64,000 nucleotides of DNA, taken from Eledone cirrhosa. Its lineage: Eukaryota. The notes below the pieces were generated by a model. The model saw only the letters and a program-made list of their open reading frames with translations. It was not told the origin of the DNA and did not search any database. Position numbers and translations under genes: made by a program. This document shows, piece after piece, positions 13,308 through 27,607 of the stretch (positions within the stretch are counted from its first letter, which is position 1; each line of letters begins with the position of its first letter). Location of the stretch: positions 118,916,001 through 118,980,000 of the forward strand of contig OZ024745.1 in NCBI GenBank assembly GCA_964016885.1, in the 5' to 3' direction.

Positions 13308-13665
13308 TACCTACACATTTCGTTTGTTTAGAGGCGTGCACACCAGGACGACGGGGGCGACGATGACAACCTACACATTTCGTTTGTTTAGAGGCGTGCA
13401 CACCAGGACGACGGGGGCGACGACGACAACCTACATATTTCGTTTGTTTAGAGGCGTGCACACCAGGTCGACGGGGGCGACGACGATAACCTACACTTTT
13501 CGTTTGTTTAGAGGCGTACACACCAGGACGACGGGGGCGACGACACGTACCTACACTTTTCGTTTGTTTAGAGGCGTGCACACCAGGGCGACAGGGGCGA
13601 CGACGACAACCTACACGTTTCGTTTGTTTAGAGGCGTGCACACCAGGACGACGGGGGCGACGACA
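13308..13665. repeat. 60-bp GC-rich tandem repeat, ~6 copies
   Basis: ACCTACACATTTCGTTTGTTTAGAGGCGTGCACACCAGGACGACGGGGGCGACGACGACA repeats in register with the 60-nt lines. Confidence 0.95.
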
Positions 13666-13804
13666 ACCGAAACAGATCGACAGTTAAGATTAATTGAAAG
13701 AATAGTAGAAAGGTAGAATGGAAGAGATAGCATGGGAAGTAGGAAAGACATGAAAGATACAGGGAAATGGAAGCAAGATGATGTAATAGGCAGAGAATGT
13801 GATT

Positions 13805-16800
13805 GAGTTAAGGTGACACTGAAGTTAAGGTGACACTGAAGTTAAGGTGACACTAGAGTTAAGGTGACACTAGAGTTAAGGTGGCACTGAAGTTAAGGTG
13901 ACACTAAAGTTAAGGTGACACTGAAGTTAAGGTGACACTGAAGTTAAGGTGACACTAGAGTTAAGGTGACACTAGAGTTAAGGTGACACTAGAATTAAGG
14001 TGACACTAGAGTTAAGGTGACACTAGAGTTAAGGTGACACTAGAGTTAAGGTGACACTAGAGTTAAGGTGACACTAGAGTTAAGGTGACACTGAAGTTAA
14101 GGTGACACTGGCACTGAAGTAAAGGTGACACTGAAGTTAAGGTGACACTAGAGTTAAGGTGACACTAGAGTTAAGGTGGCACTGAAGTAAAGGTGACACT
14201 GAAGTTAAGGTGACACTAGAGTTAAGGTGACACTAGAGTTAAGGTGGCACTTAAGTTAAGGTGACACTAGAGTTAAGGTGACACAAGAGTTAAGGTGACA
14301 CTAGAGTTAAGGTGGCACTGAAGTTAAGGTGACACTAGAGTTAAGGTGACACTAGAGTTAAGGTGACACTAGAGTTAAGGTGACACTAGATTAAGGTGAC
14401 ACTAGAGTTAAGGTGACACTGAAGTTAAGGTGACACTGAAGTTAAGGTGACACTAGAGTTAAGGTCACACTAGAGTTAAGGTGGCACTGAAGTAAAGGTG
14501 ACACTGAAGTTAAGGTGACACTAGAGTTAAGGTGACACTAGAGTTAAGGTGACACTGAAGTTAAGGTGACACTGAAGTTAAGGTGACACTAGAGTTAAGG
14601 TGACACTGAAGTTAAGGTGACACGAGAGTTAAGGTGACACTAGAGTTAAGGTGACACTAGAGTTAAGGTGACACTGGCACTGAAGTAAAGGTGACACTGA
14701 AGTAGAGGTGCCACTGAAGTTAAGGTGACACTGAAGTTAAGGTGACACTAGAGTTAAGGTGACACTAAAGTTAAGGTGACACTTGAGTTAAGGTGACACT
14801 AGAATTAAGGTGACACTAGAGTTAAGGTGACACTGAAGTTAAGGTGACACTGAAATTAAGGTGACACTAGAGTTAAGGTGACACTGAAGTTAAGGTGACA
14901 CTAGAGTTAAGGTGACACTAGAGTTAAGGTGACACTAAAGTTAAGGTGACACTTGAGTTAAGGTGACACTAGAATTAAGGTGACACTAGAGTTAAGGTGA
15001 CACTGAAGTTAAGGTGACACTGAAATTAAGGTGACACTAGAGTTAAGGTGACACTAGAGTTAAGGTGACACTGAAGTTAAGGTGACACTGAAATTAAGGT
15101 GACACTAGAGTTAAGGTGACACTAGAGTTAAGGTGACACTGAAGTTAAGGTGACACTGAAATTAAGGTGACACTAGAGTTAAGGTGACACTAGAGTTAAG
15201 GTGACACTGAAGTTAAGGTGACACTGAAATTAAGGTGACACTAGAGTTAAGGTGACACTAGAGTTAAGGTGACACTGAAGTTAAGGTGACACTGAAGTTA
15301 AGGTGACACTGAAGTTAAGGTGACACTGAAATTAAGGTGACACTAGAGTTAAGGTGACACTGAAGTTAAAGTGACACTGAAATTAAGGTGACACTAGAGT
15401 TAAGGTGACACTAGAGTTAAGGTGACACTGAAATTAAGGTGACACTAGAGTTAAGGTGACACTAGAGTTAAGGTGACACTGAAGTTAAGGTGACACTAGA
15501 GTTAAGGTGACACTAGAGTTAAGGTGACACTAGAGTTAAGGTGACACTGAAGTTAAGGTGACACTGAAATTAAGGTGACACTAGAGTTAAGGTAACACTA
15601 GAGTTAAGGTGACACTGAAATTAAGGTGACACTAGAGTTAAGGTGACACTAGAGTTAAGGTGACACTGAAGTTAAGGTGACACTGAAATTAAGGTGACAC
15701 TAGAGTAAATGTGACACTAGAGTTAAGGTGACACTAAAGTTAATGTGACACTAGAGTTAAGGTGACACTAAAGTTAAGGTGACACTAGAGTTAAGGTGAC
15801 ACTAGAGTTAAGGTGACACTGAAGTTAAGGTGACACTGAAGTAAAGGTGACACTGAAGTTAAGGTGACACTAGAGTTAAGGTGACACTAGAGTTAAGGTG
15901 ACACTGAAGTTAAGGTGACACTGAAATTAAGGTGACACTAGAGTTAAGGTGACACTAGAGTTAAGGTGACACTGAAGTTAAGGTGACACTGAAATTAAGG
16001 TGACACTAGAGTTAAGGTGACACTAGAGTTAAGGTGACACTGAAGTTAAGGTGACACTGAAGTTAAGGTGACACTGAAATTAAGGTGACACTAGAGTTAA
16101 GGTGACACTAGAGTTAAGGTGACACTGAAGTTAAGGTGACACTGAAATTAAGGTGACACTAGAGTTAAGGTGACACTAGAGTTAAGGTGACACTGAAGTT
16201 AAGGTGACACTGAAGTAAAGGTGACACTGAAGTTAAGGTGACACTAGAGTTAAGGTGACACTAGAGTTAAGGTGACACTGAAGTTAAGGTGACACTGAAG
16301 TTAAGGTGACACTGAAATTAAGGTGACACTAGAGTTAAGGTGACACTGAAGTTAAAGTGACACTGAAATTAAGGTGACACTAGAGTTAAGGTGACACTAG
16401 AGTTAAGGTGACACTGAAATTAAGGTGACACTAGAGTTAAGGTGACACTAGAGTTAAGGTGACACTGAAGTTAAGGTGACACTAGAGTTAAGGTGACACT
16501 AGAGTTAAGGTGACACTAAAGTTAAGGTGACACTTGAGTTAAGGTGACACTAGAATTAAGGTGACACTAGAGTTAAGGTGACACTGAAGTTAAGGTGACA
16601 CTGAAATTAAGGTGACACTAGAGTTAAGGTGACACTAGAGTTAAGGTGACACTGAAATTAAGGTGACACTGAAATTAAGGTGACACTAGAGTTAAGGTGA
16701 CACTAGAGTTAAGGTGACACTGAAGTTAAGGTGACACTGAAATTAAGGTGACACTAGAGTTAAGGTAACACTAGAGTTAAGGTGACACTGAAATTAAGGT

Positions 16801-17138
16801 GACACTAGAGTTAAGGTGACACTAGAGTTAAGGTGACACTGAAGTTAAGGTGACACTGAAATTAAGGTGACACTAGAGTAAATGTGACACTAGAGTTAAG
16901 GTGACACTAAAGTTAATGTGACACTAGAGTTAAGGTGACACTAAAGTTAAGGTGACACTAGAGTTAAGGTGACACTAGAGTTAAGGTGACACTGAAGTTA
17001 AGGTGACACTGAAGTAAAGGTGACACTGAAGTTAAGGTGACACTAGAGTTAAGGTGACACTAGAGTTAAGGTGACACTGAAGTTAAGGTGACACTGAAAT
17101 TAAGGTGACACTAGAGTTAAGGTGACACTGAAGTTAAG
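13805..17138. repeat. 17-bp satellite GTTAAGGTGACACT(AGA/GAA), ~195 copies
   Basis: Direct reading; two main variants interspersed, with recurring variant blocks. Confidence 0.97.
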
Positions 17139-17197
17139 CGGAAGTGAAGTTGAATTAGACAGTGTCATTTTGATACGACTATTCCGTCTTTATTGAT

Positions 17198-17750
17198 GCC
17201 TTTCATCCTTCCGGAGTCGATATAATAAGTACAGTTAAGTACTGGTCAGTCTAATAGACTACTCCCCCCCTCCTACCAGTCAAGTACTGGTCAGTCTAAT
17301 AGACTACTCCCTCCCTCCTACCAGTCAAGTACTGGTCAGTCTAATAGACTACTCCCTCCCTCCTACCAGTTAAGTACTGGTCAGTCTAATAGACTACTCC
17401 CTCCCTCCTACCAGTCAAGTACTGGTCAGTCTAATAGACTACTCCCTCCCTCCTACCAGTCAAGTACTGGTCAGTCTAATAGACTACTCCCTCCCTCCTA
17501 CCAGTCAAGTACTGGTCAGTCTAATAGACTACTCCCTCCCTCCTACCAGTCAAGTACTGGTCAGTCTAATAGACTACTCCCTCCCTCCTACCAGTCAAGT
17601 ACTGGTCAGTCTAATAGACTACTCCCTCCCTCCTACCAGTCAAGTACTGGTCAGTCTAATAGACTACTCCCTCCCTCCTACCAGTCAAGTACTGGTCAGT
17701 CTAATAGACTACTCCCTCCTCCTACCTAAATTACTGGCTTCCTACCAGAA
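17198..17750 (+). repeat. 45-bp minisatellite (~10.5 copies) expanded inside a SINE A-related copy
   Basis: Preceded by GCCTTTCATCCTTCCGGAGTCGATATAATAAGTAC and followed by AAATTACTGGC. Unit CAAGTACTGGTCAGTCTAATAGACTACTCCCTCCCTCCTACCAGT. Confidence 0.85.
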
Positions 17751-17835
17751 AGAGATTAAAAAAAAAAAAATTGAAACTATTTTACATTTGATACAAATAA
17801 AGTCTTCAAAATGGCAGCCAAGAAGAAACTGAGAG

Positions 17836-18047
17836 AATGAGATGTAAGGTAGGAGAGCGAGAGAGATGTAAGGTAGGGGAGAGAGAGATGTAAGGTAGGA
17901 GAGAGAGATGTAAGGTAGGAGAGAGAGAGAGATGTAAGGTAGGAGAGAGAGAGATGTAAGGTAGGAGAGAGAGATGTAAGGTAGGAGAGAGAGATGTAAG
18001 GTAGGAGAGGGAGAGAGACTTGTAAGTTAGGAGAGAGAGATATAAGG

Positions 18048-18112
<65 letters not shown>

Positions 18113-18337
18113 AGGTAGGAGAGAGAGAGAGAGGGAGAGAGATATGAGGTAGGAGAGAGAGAGAGGTGGAAGTAAAAGAGAACAGAAAAACAAAACCAAA
18201 AATAAACAAAAGTAGAAAAAAATGAAAAATCGGTGAAGTGGTCGATGAGTGGAAGTAAGGGGTGGAAATAATATGAGAGAAAGAGAGAAAGAAAGAAAGA
18301 GAGAAAGAGCGAGAGCAAAAGAAAGAGTGAGAGGGAG

Positions 18338-18427
<90 letters not shown>

Positions 18428-18660
18428 TAAAAAGGGATGCTTAAAGTATTGCTAGTAGAGACATACGTATATACACACATAAATACATACATATATGCAT
18501 ACATACATAAATATATACATAAATACATACATAATTACATACATACATATATACCTACCTACCTACCTACATACATGCATACATACATAAATACATACAT
18601 AAATATATACCTACATACACACACACATACATACATACATACATAGATACATACATACAT
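17836..18660. repeat. (GA)n with TGTAAGGTAG spacers, then (CATA)n
   Basis: Direct reading. Confidence 0.9.
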
Positions 18661-20018
18661 TCAACCATTTAAAAATTTATAATAAATTAAAGCTGACCAG
18701 AGATTTAATACAATACATATTTAGTTTAATGTTTCAAGTAGAGGTTAAAGCATACTTTATGTTCATTCAATAAGGATAAACTCAGCGTGAATAAAACTCA
18801 TAATGCAAATGAAAGCCGCAAATGAAAAAAAACATCATATCAATGTCGTTGGGAGTTAATATATGCATAGACTGAAACCAAACTATGATCAGCAGCGTAT
18901 TAGCATGTCGATTTACGCACCGATGTACCTATTTGGTCGAATTGAAAGTAGGGGAGATAATCTATATCCATCCAGGCAACACGCATTACTTTCTCATCTG
19001 TATTCACTCATAGGCCAGCATTCGATAATTTCATAATATATCGACAGTCGATCGACAAGATCCCGGACCTCATTCGCTTATCTAGTGGAGTGGAGCTCGT
19101 CCAGTCGGGCCGAGGAAACAATGTTTCCATTGGTCTTACCAATTGCTAATACTATCTGTCGGTCGCAAATCCAGGCAGAAGGGGCAACGTGAAATAAAGT
19201 GTTTTCTCAAGGACGTAACGCATCGCCCGGTCTGGGTATCAAAATCATAACCTCTCGATTGCGAATCCAATTCTCTAACCACTCAGTCACGCGTCTTTAC
19301 AATCATAATATATATGAAGTAAAATAAACACTGAATTGGAAAAAACAAAACAAACAAAAATTATTCAGAGTTTTAGTACAATATATATTTAGTTTAATGT
19401 TTCAAGTAAAGGTTAAAGCGTATTTTCGACACACAAAATAATGAATAAATTCGACCTCAGTGAGATTGAAATTTGGAACGTAAAACGGCAGTTTTTAAAT
19501 AAATGAAAAATAAACAAACAAACCAGTAGCAAGAATGTGATGGAAAGTCAATGAACACTGAGATCGCTGAATATTACTAAACCAATATAAACCTAGGTCA
19601 ACGACTTTTTGGTTGTCCTTTTATTTATGTTTTGATACAATAACAAAAATCAATCAAATTGAACGTGCGAAGTGATAAGATATATATATATACTACATTA
19701 TATTTAACATATTTGCATGGTAAAAAGAATATCGATCTAAGCATCAGTAAAGCACATAACTTAAATAGGTGCACCTCGATAAAATCGGAAGAAGCAGAAT
19801 GAAAACAAACCGAAAGCCGGTTAATATGGGGTGGGTGGGGGGTGGGGGTGGGGGGGGGGGGAAATCAAACCCATCACTTAACCAACCGGTCTCTCATTGC
19901 TTTGAATGTAGAAATTAAGGAATAGATTCAACACACACACACACACATATATATTTAATTTTCTTCCCTAAACTTTTCACACTACTCATAAGTGTATCTC
20001 TTCTCCCCTTATCCGAAT

Positions 20019-20053
20019 TTTCCCGAAGAAAGACTTTTGTCCAAAACGTTGAA
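20019..20053 (+). ncRNA. Degenerate hammerhead remnant (same family as 25607-25642)
   Basis: ttc-CCGAAGA-aAGACttttGTCC-AAAACGTT-gaa followed by CCCTCTTCC, as in the 25607 copy. Core mutated. Confidence 0.45.
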
Positions 20054-20149
20054 CCCTCTTCCACTTCCACTAAACACCAACCTAATATAACTGTGTAAAA
20101 CTGGCCCCTGTGTTTTGTTTGTTTTATTTATTAACTATATATATATATA

Positions 20150-20406
20150 TGTAGCGAAATCTGTCCACGCCTTGAACATTGGGTGACACCTAAAAGTCAA
20201 ATTCTAGGTCACCATCCTTTTCGGCGTGGACAGGTTCATGCGTGGGCGATCCCTCGAGGCAGGGAGACAGAAAGCGACAGGTATATAAAGCCTATATTTT
20301 CCCACGTTTTTACACATAGAGATCGGAGCTGAATTCTATAGACAAGCTATGTAAAGATTCACCACCTACTACAGGCCTCTGAGGTCTACAGTCAACCACA
20401 GACCAT

Positions 20407-20467
<61 letters not shown>

Positions 20468-20643
20468 GGTCTCAGACTACACCAGCCTCATGAACCAACA
20501 ACAAAATAACATCGTCAACCTTCGCAACTCGTGGTAACTTGTTTATTGTTCCTTTTGACTGAAGTGAAGTAAACCTTTTTATATATAAAGTAAATCAGCC
20601 ATTCTATTTATTTCATCTAACAACCACATTTTAATACCCTTCG

Positions 20644-20648
<5 letters not shown>
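20150..20648 (+). mobile_element. Probable solo LTR (~500 bp) inserted in (TA)n
   Basis: Begins TGTAGCGAA and ends TTCGTTATA (imperfect inverted termini). Internal TATATAAA at ~20282 and AGTAAA signals at ~20568-20594. TA runs on both sides. Confidence 0.5.
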
Positions 20649-21243
<595 letters not shown>

Positions 21244-21413
21244 AGAGCTTGAAACTCAATTGAAATAGCCCAAGGAAAATAATTTTCCGCGCCGTGTAAT
21301 ATAATTCAATATAACGAAGAGAGATAAATACATATATACATATCTGTGTTAAAATATTTGGTCCCTTATAATTTTGAACACAGATATGTATATATATGTG
21401 TTTATCTCTATTG

Positions 21414-21455
<42 letters not shown>

Positions 21456-21830
21456 TGTATATATATATAAATGTATATATATATATAAATATTATATATA
21501 TATATTTAGAAATACACGTAAGTTTACATGCTTGTATATATATATATATGCTAATATATTTTAAGCGTTAAATTCAATATATTCTGTTTGTTTCTTTGAT
21601 TTATATTATCAAATTATCGATTGATAAGTTATATAACTTATCACACGCTACTCGAAATAAATTGAGTTTTATTATTGTATTTAAACATAAACAACCGACC
21701 AGCAAAATGTTGTTGACCTCGCTTGCGAAGGTATGATATTGTATGCTCCCTTAACGCTTAATAGAGACGTAGCGGAGCCGTAGTAGCATACAGCAATTCT
21801 TGGGCATTTTAAGTCTGGCGGAGACAGTGT

Positions 21831-21876
<46 letters not shown>

Positions 21877-21899
21877 AAATGAGAAAGAGATATAGAGGA

Positions 21900-23232
21900 T
21901 GAATCGACACCAGTATTAGATTGGTACTTTTTCTTTTTGAACTCGAAAGGATGAAAGTCAACGTTGACCTCGGCAGGACTTGAACTCATAGAGTAGAGAT
22001 TCTGAACGAATAATATAAAGCATTATATCTGACGTTCTAACGACTCTGACAATTCGCTGCCCGTGACTTGCTAATACTCGGTTGCATGCATTGACTCTCA
22101 ATGAAATTGTTATTACTTTAGTTTATTTATTAATAAACGGCTCCCTTTGAAGTTATGAGTTTGAATCTCGCTGAGGTCGAATTGTTGAACTATCTACAAT
22201 ATGTGAACAAAATGTACGATTTATTCTTTATTTGAAACATTAAATCTATATTGTATTGAATTTCTAGTTAAATGTTATTTAACTCACAGTATATTAATAC
22301 ATAGGACCCGTGTGACTAATAAAGTAAGCCGTGGATTGGCAGTATTGGTGGAGGGTCGGACGCCATGTTTTGCAGCATAGAGTTACGGCCCTTTATGATC
22401 TGAGTTCAAATCACGCCGAGGTTAACTTTGCTTTTTATCCTTACGGGGTCGATAAAATAAAGTACCAGTCACACACTGAGGTCGATTTATTCGACCCCCC
22501 CCCCCCCAAAAAAAAAAAAAATTACTGGCCTCGTGCCTATACTAGAAATCATTATTATTATTATAGTCATTAAAGTACGCACAAGTAATACAATCGGTGT
22601 GTCGATACAATCGGTGTGTCGATTCAATCGGTTATATTTCTATCTCAGATATGTACGAAATATTACCAATCAATATTGATTAAATACTTTGCACTTACCT
22701 ACTAGGAATCGATTAGATTGATTCTACCCCTCCTCCCTCGCCTAAAACCTGTATCGTTCTCACTTATCAAACATAAATACATCGGCAGTTTGAAAAGCAA
22801 AATCTGTTGAACGGCGGTTGATATAAATCATATTAGACTTTTATAGCTACAATTTCATAGTGTTGACTTTGTCTTTCATATTTTATTGTTGTTGATAATG
22901 ATGATGATTCTCCTCCCTATCCCCCTCCTCCTCCTCCCCATCCCCATTTTCCTCCTCCTCCTCGCTCAGCAGATCTTTGATAAAAGACGTTATAGCTGTG
23001 ACCATCTCATCATCTGTTTTTCTCCCCACAGATTATAATAATACTATATTGGTGGTTTGGCAGTATCAGTAGAGAATCGGACGCCATGCTTTCCAGCACA
23101 GTTACGTCCCTTTACGGTCTGAGTTCAAATCCTGCCGAGGTTAACTTTGCCTTTCATCCTTACGGGGTCGATAAAATAAAGTACCAGTAATGTACTGGGG
23201 TAATTTGCTGGCCTTGTGCCAAAGGTAGAAAC
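21900..23232. mobile_element. SINE family A copies: 21900-22060 (-), 22328-22550 (+), 23050-23232 (+)
   Basis: A box, B box and central domain motifs. Confidence 0.8.
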
Positions 23233-23304
23233 AATTAATATAGCAGGAAGATAAATGTACAAAATGTGTATGTCTGTACATGTTACTCAATCTATTGATC
23301 AAAT

Positions 23305-23580
23305 GTGCGTGGCTTGGTGGTTAAGGTGTTGGACTCACAATCGTAAGTTCGATTCCTAGCGACGCGTTGGGTTCTTGAGCAAGATACTTCATTTCATGTT
23401 GCTCCAATCTACTCAGCTGGCAAAAATGATTTCTACCTCTGATTTAAAGGGCCAGCCTTCTCACTGTGTCACCCTGAATCTTCTCGAGAACTACGTTAAC
23501 GGTGTAAGGTTCTGTGGAATGCTCAGCCACTTTCACGTTAATTTCACGACGAGCAAGCTGTTCCGTTGTTACAACAGTTG
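23305..23580 (+). mobile_element. SINE family B-type head and core with a different 3' part
   Basis: GTGGCTTGGTGGTTAAGG...GTTCGATTCC...TTCTTGAGCAAGATACTTCATTTCATGTTGCTCCA. The 3' part resembles 27925-28040 and 44975-45060. Confidence 0.7.
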
Positions 23581-23828
23581 GAAAAAGCATCATCCTTAAC
23601 GAAGGAGGTCCAATCTTTATTGATCATCTGAGTATTGTTTGGATAGCAGAAATATTTTCAGCTTTTGACGTGAGTTCCTTTAATTTTCTGTTACCCAGAA
23701 TGAAACAGATGAACCCACCCCAAAAAATCATATTACAAGCCTTGCTTAATGAACAAGTCAATGATACAAAAAACGTACAATACTTATAGATGGGTTGACT
23801 GACATCGCTTTTGTAAATGATTTGTGTG

Positions 23829-24070
23829 CAGGGGCCTCGTTTGCCTTAAACATGTGAGGGGGACACATTGCTTATGGTGCCTTTTCCCGGCCCCTATCAC
23901 ATAAGTAAAATGTTGCGCTAATTAAATTTTAGATATTCAAATGAAGTTCAGATATAAAAAAATAAGCTTAAAAAGAATTTATTATAGCAAATAAACAAAA
24001 AATAAAATATAGACGTTTGAAAAAATGGAGGGGACTTGTCCCCTGGTACCCCCCTGAAACAAGGTCCTTG
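23829..24070. mobile_element. Non-autonomous hAT-like MITE
   Basis: Imperfect TIRs CAGGGGCCTCGTTT / AAACAAGGTCCTTG; 8-bp TSD TTTGTGTG / CTTGTGTG. Confidence 0.65.
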
Positions 24071-24224
24071 CTTGTGTGTCACTATTGTGACTAGTTTCAG
24101 TCACAAACACTTCAGAGACTATTTACGCATTACTGGATTTGATTTGAAACTCTGTTTTACAATTAACACGGGCGAGGAATCAAATCAGTGAGGAGCATAA
24201 CACTCAGTTGGTATTATATTTGAT

Positions 24225-24880
24225 CCCTAGTCTATGTACATGTTGATCCTTACTTTTGATCGTTAGTCTATCTACATGTTACTCCTTACATTTGATCCTT
24301 ATTCAATGTACATGCTACTCCTTACATTTGATCCTTATTCAATGTACATGCTACTCCTTACATTTGATCATTAGTCTATGTTACTCCCTACATTTGATCC
24401 TTATTCAATGTACTTGTTACTCCTTACATTTGATCCTTATTCTATGTTACTCCCTACATTTGATCCTTATTCAATGTACATGCTACTCCTTACATTTGAT
24501 CATTAGTCTATGTTACTCCCTACATTTGATCATTAGTCTATGTTACTCCCTACATTTGATCATTAGTCTATGTTACTCCCTACATTTGATCATTAGTCTA
24601 TGTTACTCCCTACATTTGATCCTTATTCAATGTACTTGTTACTCCTTACATTTGATCCTTATTCAATGTACATGCTACTCCTTACATTTGATCATTAGTC
24701 TATGTTACTCCCTACATTTGATCATTAGTCTATGTTACTCCCTACATTTGATCATTAGTCTATGTTACTCCCTACATTTGATCCTTATTCTATGTTACTC
24801 CCTACATTTGATCCTTATTCAATGTACTTGTTACTCCTTACATTTGATCCTTATTCTATGTACATGCTACTCTTTACATT
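24225..24880. repeat. 30-36-bp minisatellite, TGTTACTCCCTACATTTGATCATTAGTCTA variants
   Basis: Direct reading. Confidence 0.93.
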
Positions 24881-25248
24881 TGGCCCGTTTTGATGCATCT
24901 GATGAATTAGCTTTTAGCGTCGACTTTATGACAAGAGGAAGCTACAACCAGTTCCACGGATCTTCATTAAGGAGAGAATTATCTACAAATTTAGCTATAA
25001 GATCCCTTATAGGAACACGATGATTGGTAAGGAGCGGCCTCAGATCAGTAGGAATTTTTAACAACTCATTGCCAAATAATTTCTTCCTCAACTAATAAAT
25101 ATGTTGTAAGGTAGTTATTTCCATTCCTTAAATTAGACCTAAATGATTTTGAATGTTTGAACGGACTGATTTACAATATCAAAACGAAGAAGCAGATCGG
25201 TGTAACCTTCACATTGATTTACAGAATTTCTCTCTTGAAATAATGAAA

Positions 25249-25450
25249 TTCTTCTTCTTATCGTGTCCACAAGAGTGTCAGCTACAAAGCTTGGCTAGAT
25301 GTGGTTCCACTACAGCTGAACACATTGCTGTCCTTTCTCATTATACTCTGCCAAGTCCAATGCTGTGCAGGGGTGTTCCAGCAGGGGGTATATCAGGAGG
25401 TGCTGCGTAACCTGTGGTTCGATGCCGCAGTCACAAACAATGTCCCCATC
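25249..25450 (-). pseudogene. 3' end of a non-LTR retrotransposon (Vingi/ingi-like)
   Basis: Translation CDCGIEPQVTQHLLIYPLLEHPCTALDLAEYNEKGQQCVQL is a decayed CCHC knuckle C-terminus, followed by a GGACACGATAAGAAGAAGAA tail. Confidence 0.55.
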
Positions 25451-25462
25451 CTTTAAATATGA

Positions 25463-25521
<59 letters not shown>

Positions 25522-25606
25522 AAAAGGTAAACAGAAATAACAACACAACCGGTACAGTATATGGAAGGAATATATTAGGTTAACGCTTGAAATAGCAGGA
25601 AGAGGG

Positions 25607-25642
25607 TCTTAACGTTTCGGACGCTAGTCCTTCATCAGAAGA
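25607..25642 (-). ncRNA. Minimal type I hammerhead ribozyme
   Basis: Minus strand: TCTT-CTGATGA-aGGACtagcGTCC-GAAACGTT-AAGA. The palindromic AACGTT stem III is typical of Penelope-associated minimal HHRs. Confidence 0.8.
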
Positions 25643-25986
25643 AAGAATGAGAAATAAGATAGATTGAGGGGACGGGTGGGATAACACACCCGAAAGCTAA
25701 ATTGGGGAATCGAATGGGACCACACATTTGAGAATGAAAACATATTTTAAAGAAGATGGGATTTGTTGCTCATTATTTGATATACTAAAATGTGAATCTT
25801 CAATGGAAAAAATGAGATTGCAGATGCAAAACTCTGGCGATGTGGAGAGACTCCACATCCATAATTATATATAAGGCAGCACCTATTATCCCGTTATAGT
25901 ATTTTTAATTAAGTACAGGTAGTGGTAACATAAAACCATTTAAACCATGTAGTGTAATTATCATTATTACTATTTAACATTTGTAA

Positions 25987-26172
25987 GGGCGGTGGATGGG
26001 CAGTATCGGTGAAGGGTCGGACGCCATGCTTTCCAGCATAGAGTTATGTCCCTTTATGCTCTGAGTACAAATCCCGCCGAGATTAACTTTGCCTTTCATC
26101 CTTACGGGTCGATAAAATAAAGTACTAGTAATGCACTGGGATAATTGCTGGCCTTGTGCCAAAAAGTAGAAA
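25987..26172 (+). mobile_element. SINE family A copy
   Basis: Family motifs. Confidence 0.8.
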
Positions 26173-26517
26173 CTTTTTAACGTTTGTGTTCCCTGTTAGC
26201 AAGGTTTGAACAGGTCAACACATAAGTTAATACTTAATGAGAGTCTCTGACATAGGGAAGGACCCGCATCTCACTCGGAAACATTCCTTCAGATTACAGA
26301 GTGCGCAATCATCACTGGAGAAATTGTCATGTCCTTTGACACAATTGAAGAATCTTCTCTAACTTTTGTTTGGAAGGTTTTCTACCATACGAATGAAACA
26401 GTTTTAGTCTTGTAGAAGCTCTTCTATATTAAAACATTTATACTCTACTATGTATTGAGTACCTTACTTCCTGTGGTTACCTCCGATTCAACCCGGAATA
26501 ACTTATATATATATATA

Positions 26518-26555
<38 letters not shown>

Positions 26556-27552
26556 TGTAATAAACAACATAAGATAATTATGAAGAAATATAAGGCAATA
26601 AATGAAGAAAACAGAAAATAAATAAATAATATAATAAAATAAAATAATTAATATAATTTGTGTAATTTGAAAATAAATAAATAAATAGAGAATAAAGAAT
26701 AAAGAATAAATGAGAGATTGGTGAAAAAGTAATGATAATGTATATGGAGAAGTGAGAAATAATGTAGGATAAAGTGTGTGCGTGTGTGCTATAACCAATC
26801 TCAAGGTCAGAATATGTTGGATAGATTGGTATGATACAAGATGTTAAGATGAGATATTCAATGTGTTTGTGTTATAATCTATCTCAACTTAAAATAAATA
26901 TAAGGTGATACAGTGAAGAGGGCAGAAAACAAATAACAAATTAATAAAGAGGTGGAAGCGGCCTGATAAACCTCAGAACCGACTTCTTCGGGACATGCAG
27001 ACACCTTAGAGCCGGGACCTTTCTCAAAATATATGGACAGTAGCAACACAAGAAGATGTGAACCCCCCCTCAAGCTATAGGGACTTCTACAGAACATGAA
27101 AACACCTCTCGGCCAGACCACTACAACAACAACAGTACCAAAATAATGGTGGAGGTCAAATGTACTGAACAATAGCAGGCAAAAACACTACAGGGAGCCT
27201 CACCCCAGAAAGAATTCTATAGACTTCTGACTGAGGAATGCTCTCAGAACTGAACAATGGGAAGTTTGACACTTTTTTTGTTATTTTGTTCCTTTAACAC
27301 CTTGTCCCTTCTACCATTTTATCAATTTTTAAGCTAACTCCAACAATAACAACACTTAGAATGAGGAATGTTCTAATAACTGACCAATGAGAGGAGAAGG
27401 GGACCTGTGACACGAAAATTCGTTTGTTTGAATTCATATGACTCCAGTTCCCCAGTGAATTAACAACCCAACAAGGAACTGGGCATATCAGAGTATTGAC
27501 AATATCATACACTTAAACAACATATGTACTTGTCTATACCATACTAATTCAA

Positions 27553-27607
27553 ACTGCCTGAAGAGGTCACAGCCAAAGATGGCTGTCACTGAAATATATA
27601 TAGCAGT
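27553..27607 (+). ncRNA. Type I hammerhead ribozyme followed by AATAAA
   Basis: ACTGC-CTGAAGA-gGTcACAGCCaaagatGGCTGTcACt-GAAA-tatata-TA-GCAGT-AATAAA. Confidence 0.85.

Noticed and set aside
13308-13665. CRISPR-like appearance of the 60-bp array (also the 45- and 84-bp arrays)
   Set aside because: Head-to-tail repeats with no unique spacers, no cas genes, eukaryotic context.
13805-17138. Satellite unit resembles the SP6 promoter (ATTTAGGTGACACTATAG); possible vector contamination
   Set aside because: The match is partial, the array is kilobases long with natural variant structure, and no vector sequence flanks it.
23050-23140. tRNA genes
   Set aside because: A and B boxes belong to SINE heads; no complete cloverleaf.
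23600-23790. Possible BESS-like coding fragment (FLLPRMKQMNPPQKII)
   Set aside because: Too short and weak to support without a profile search.
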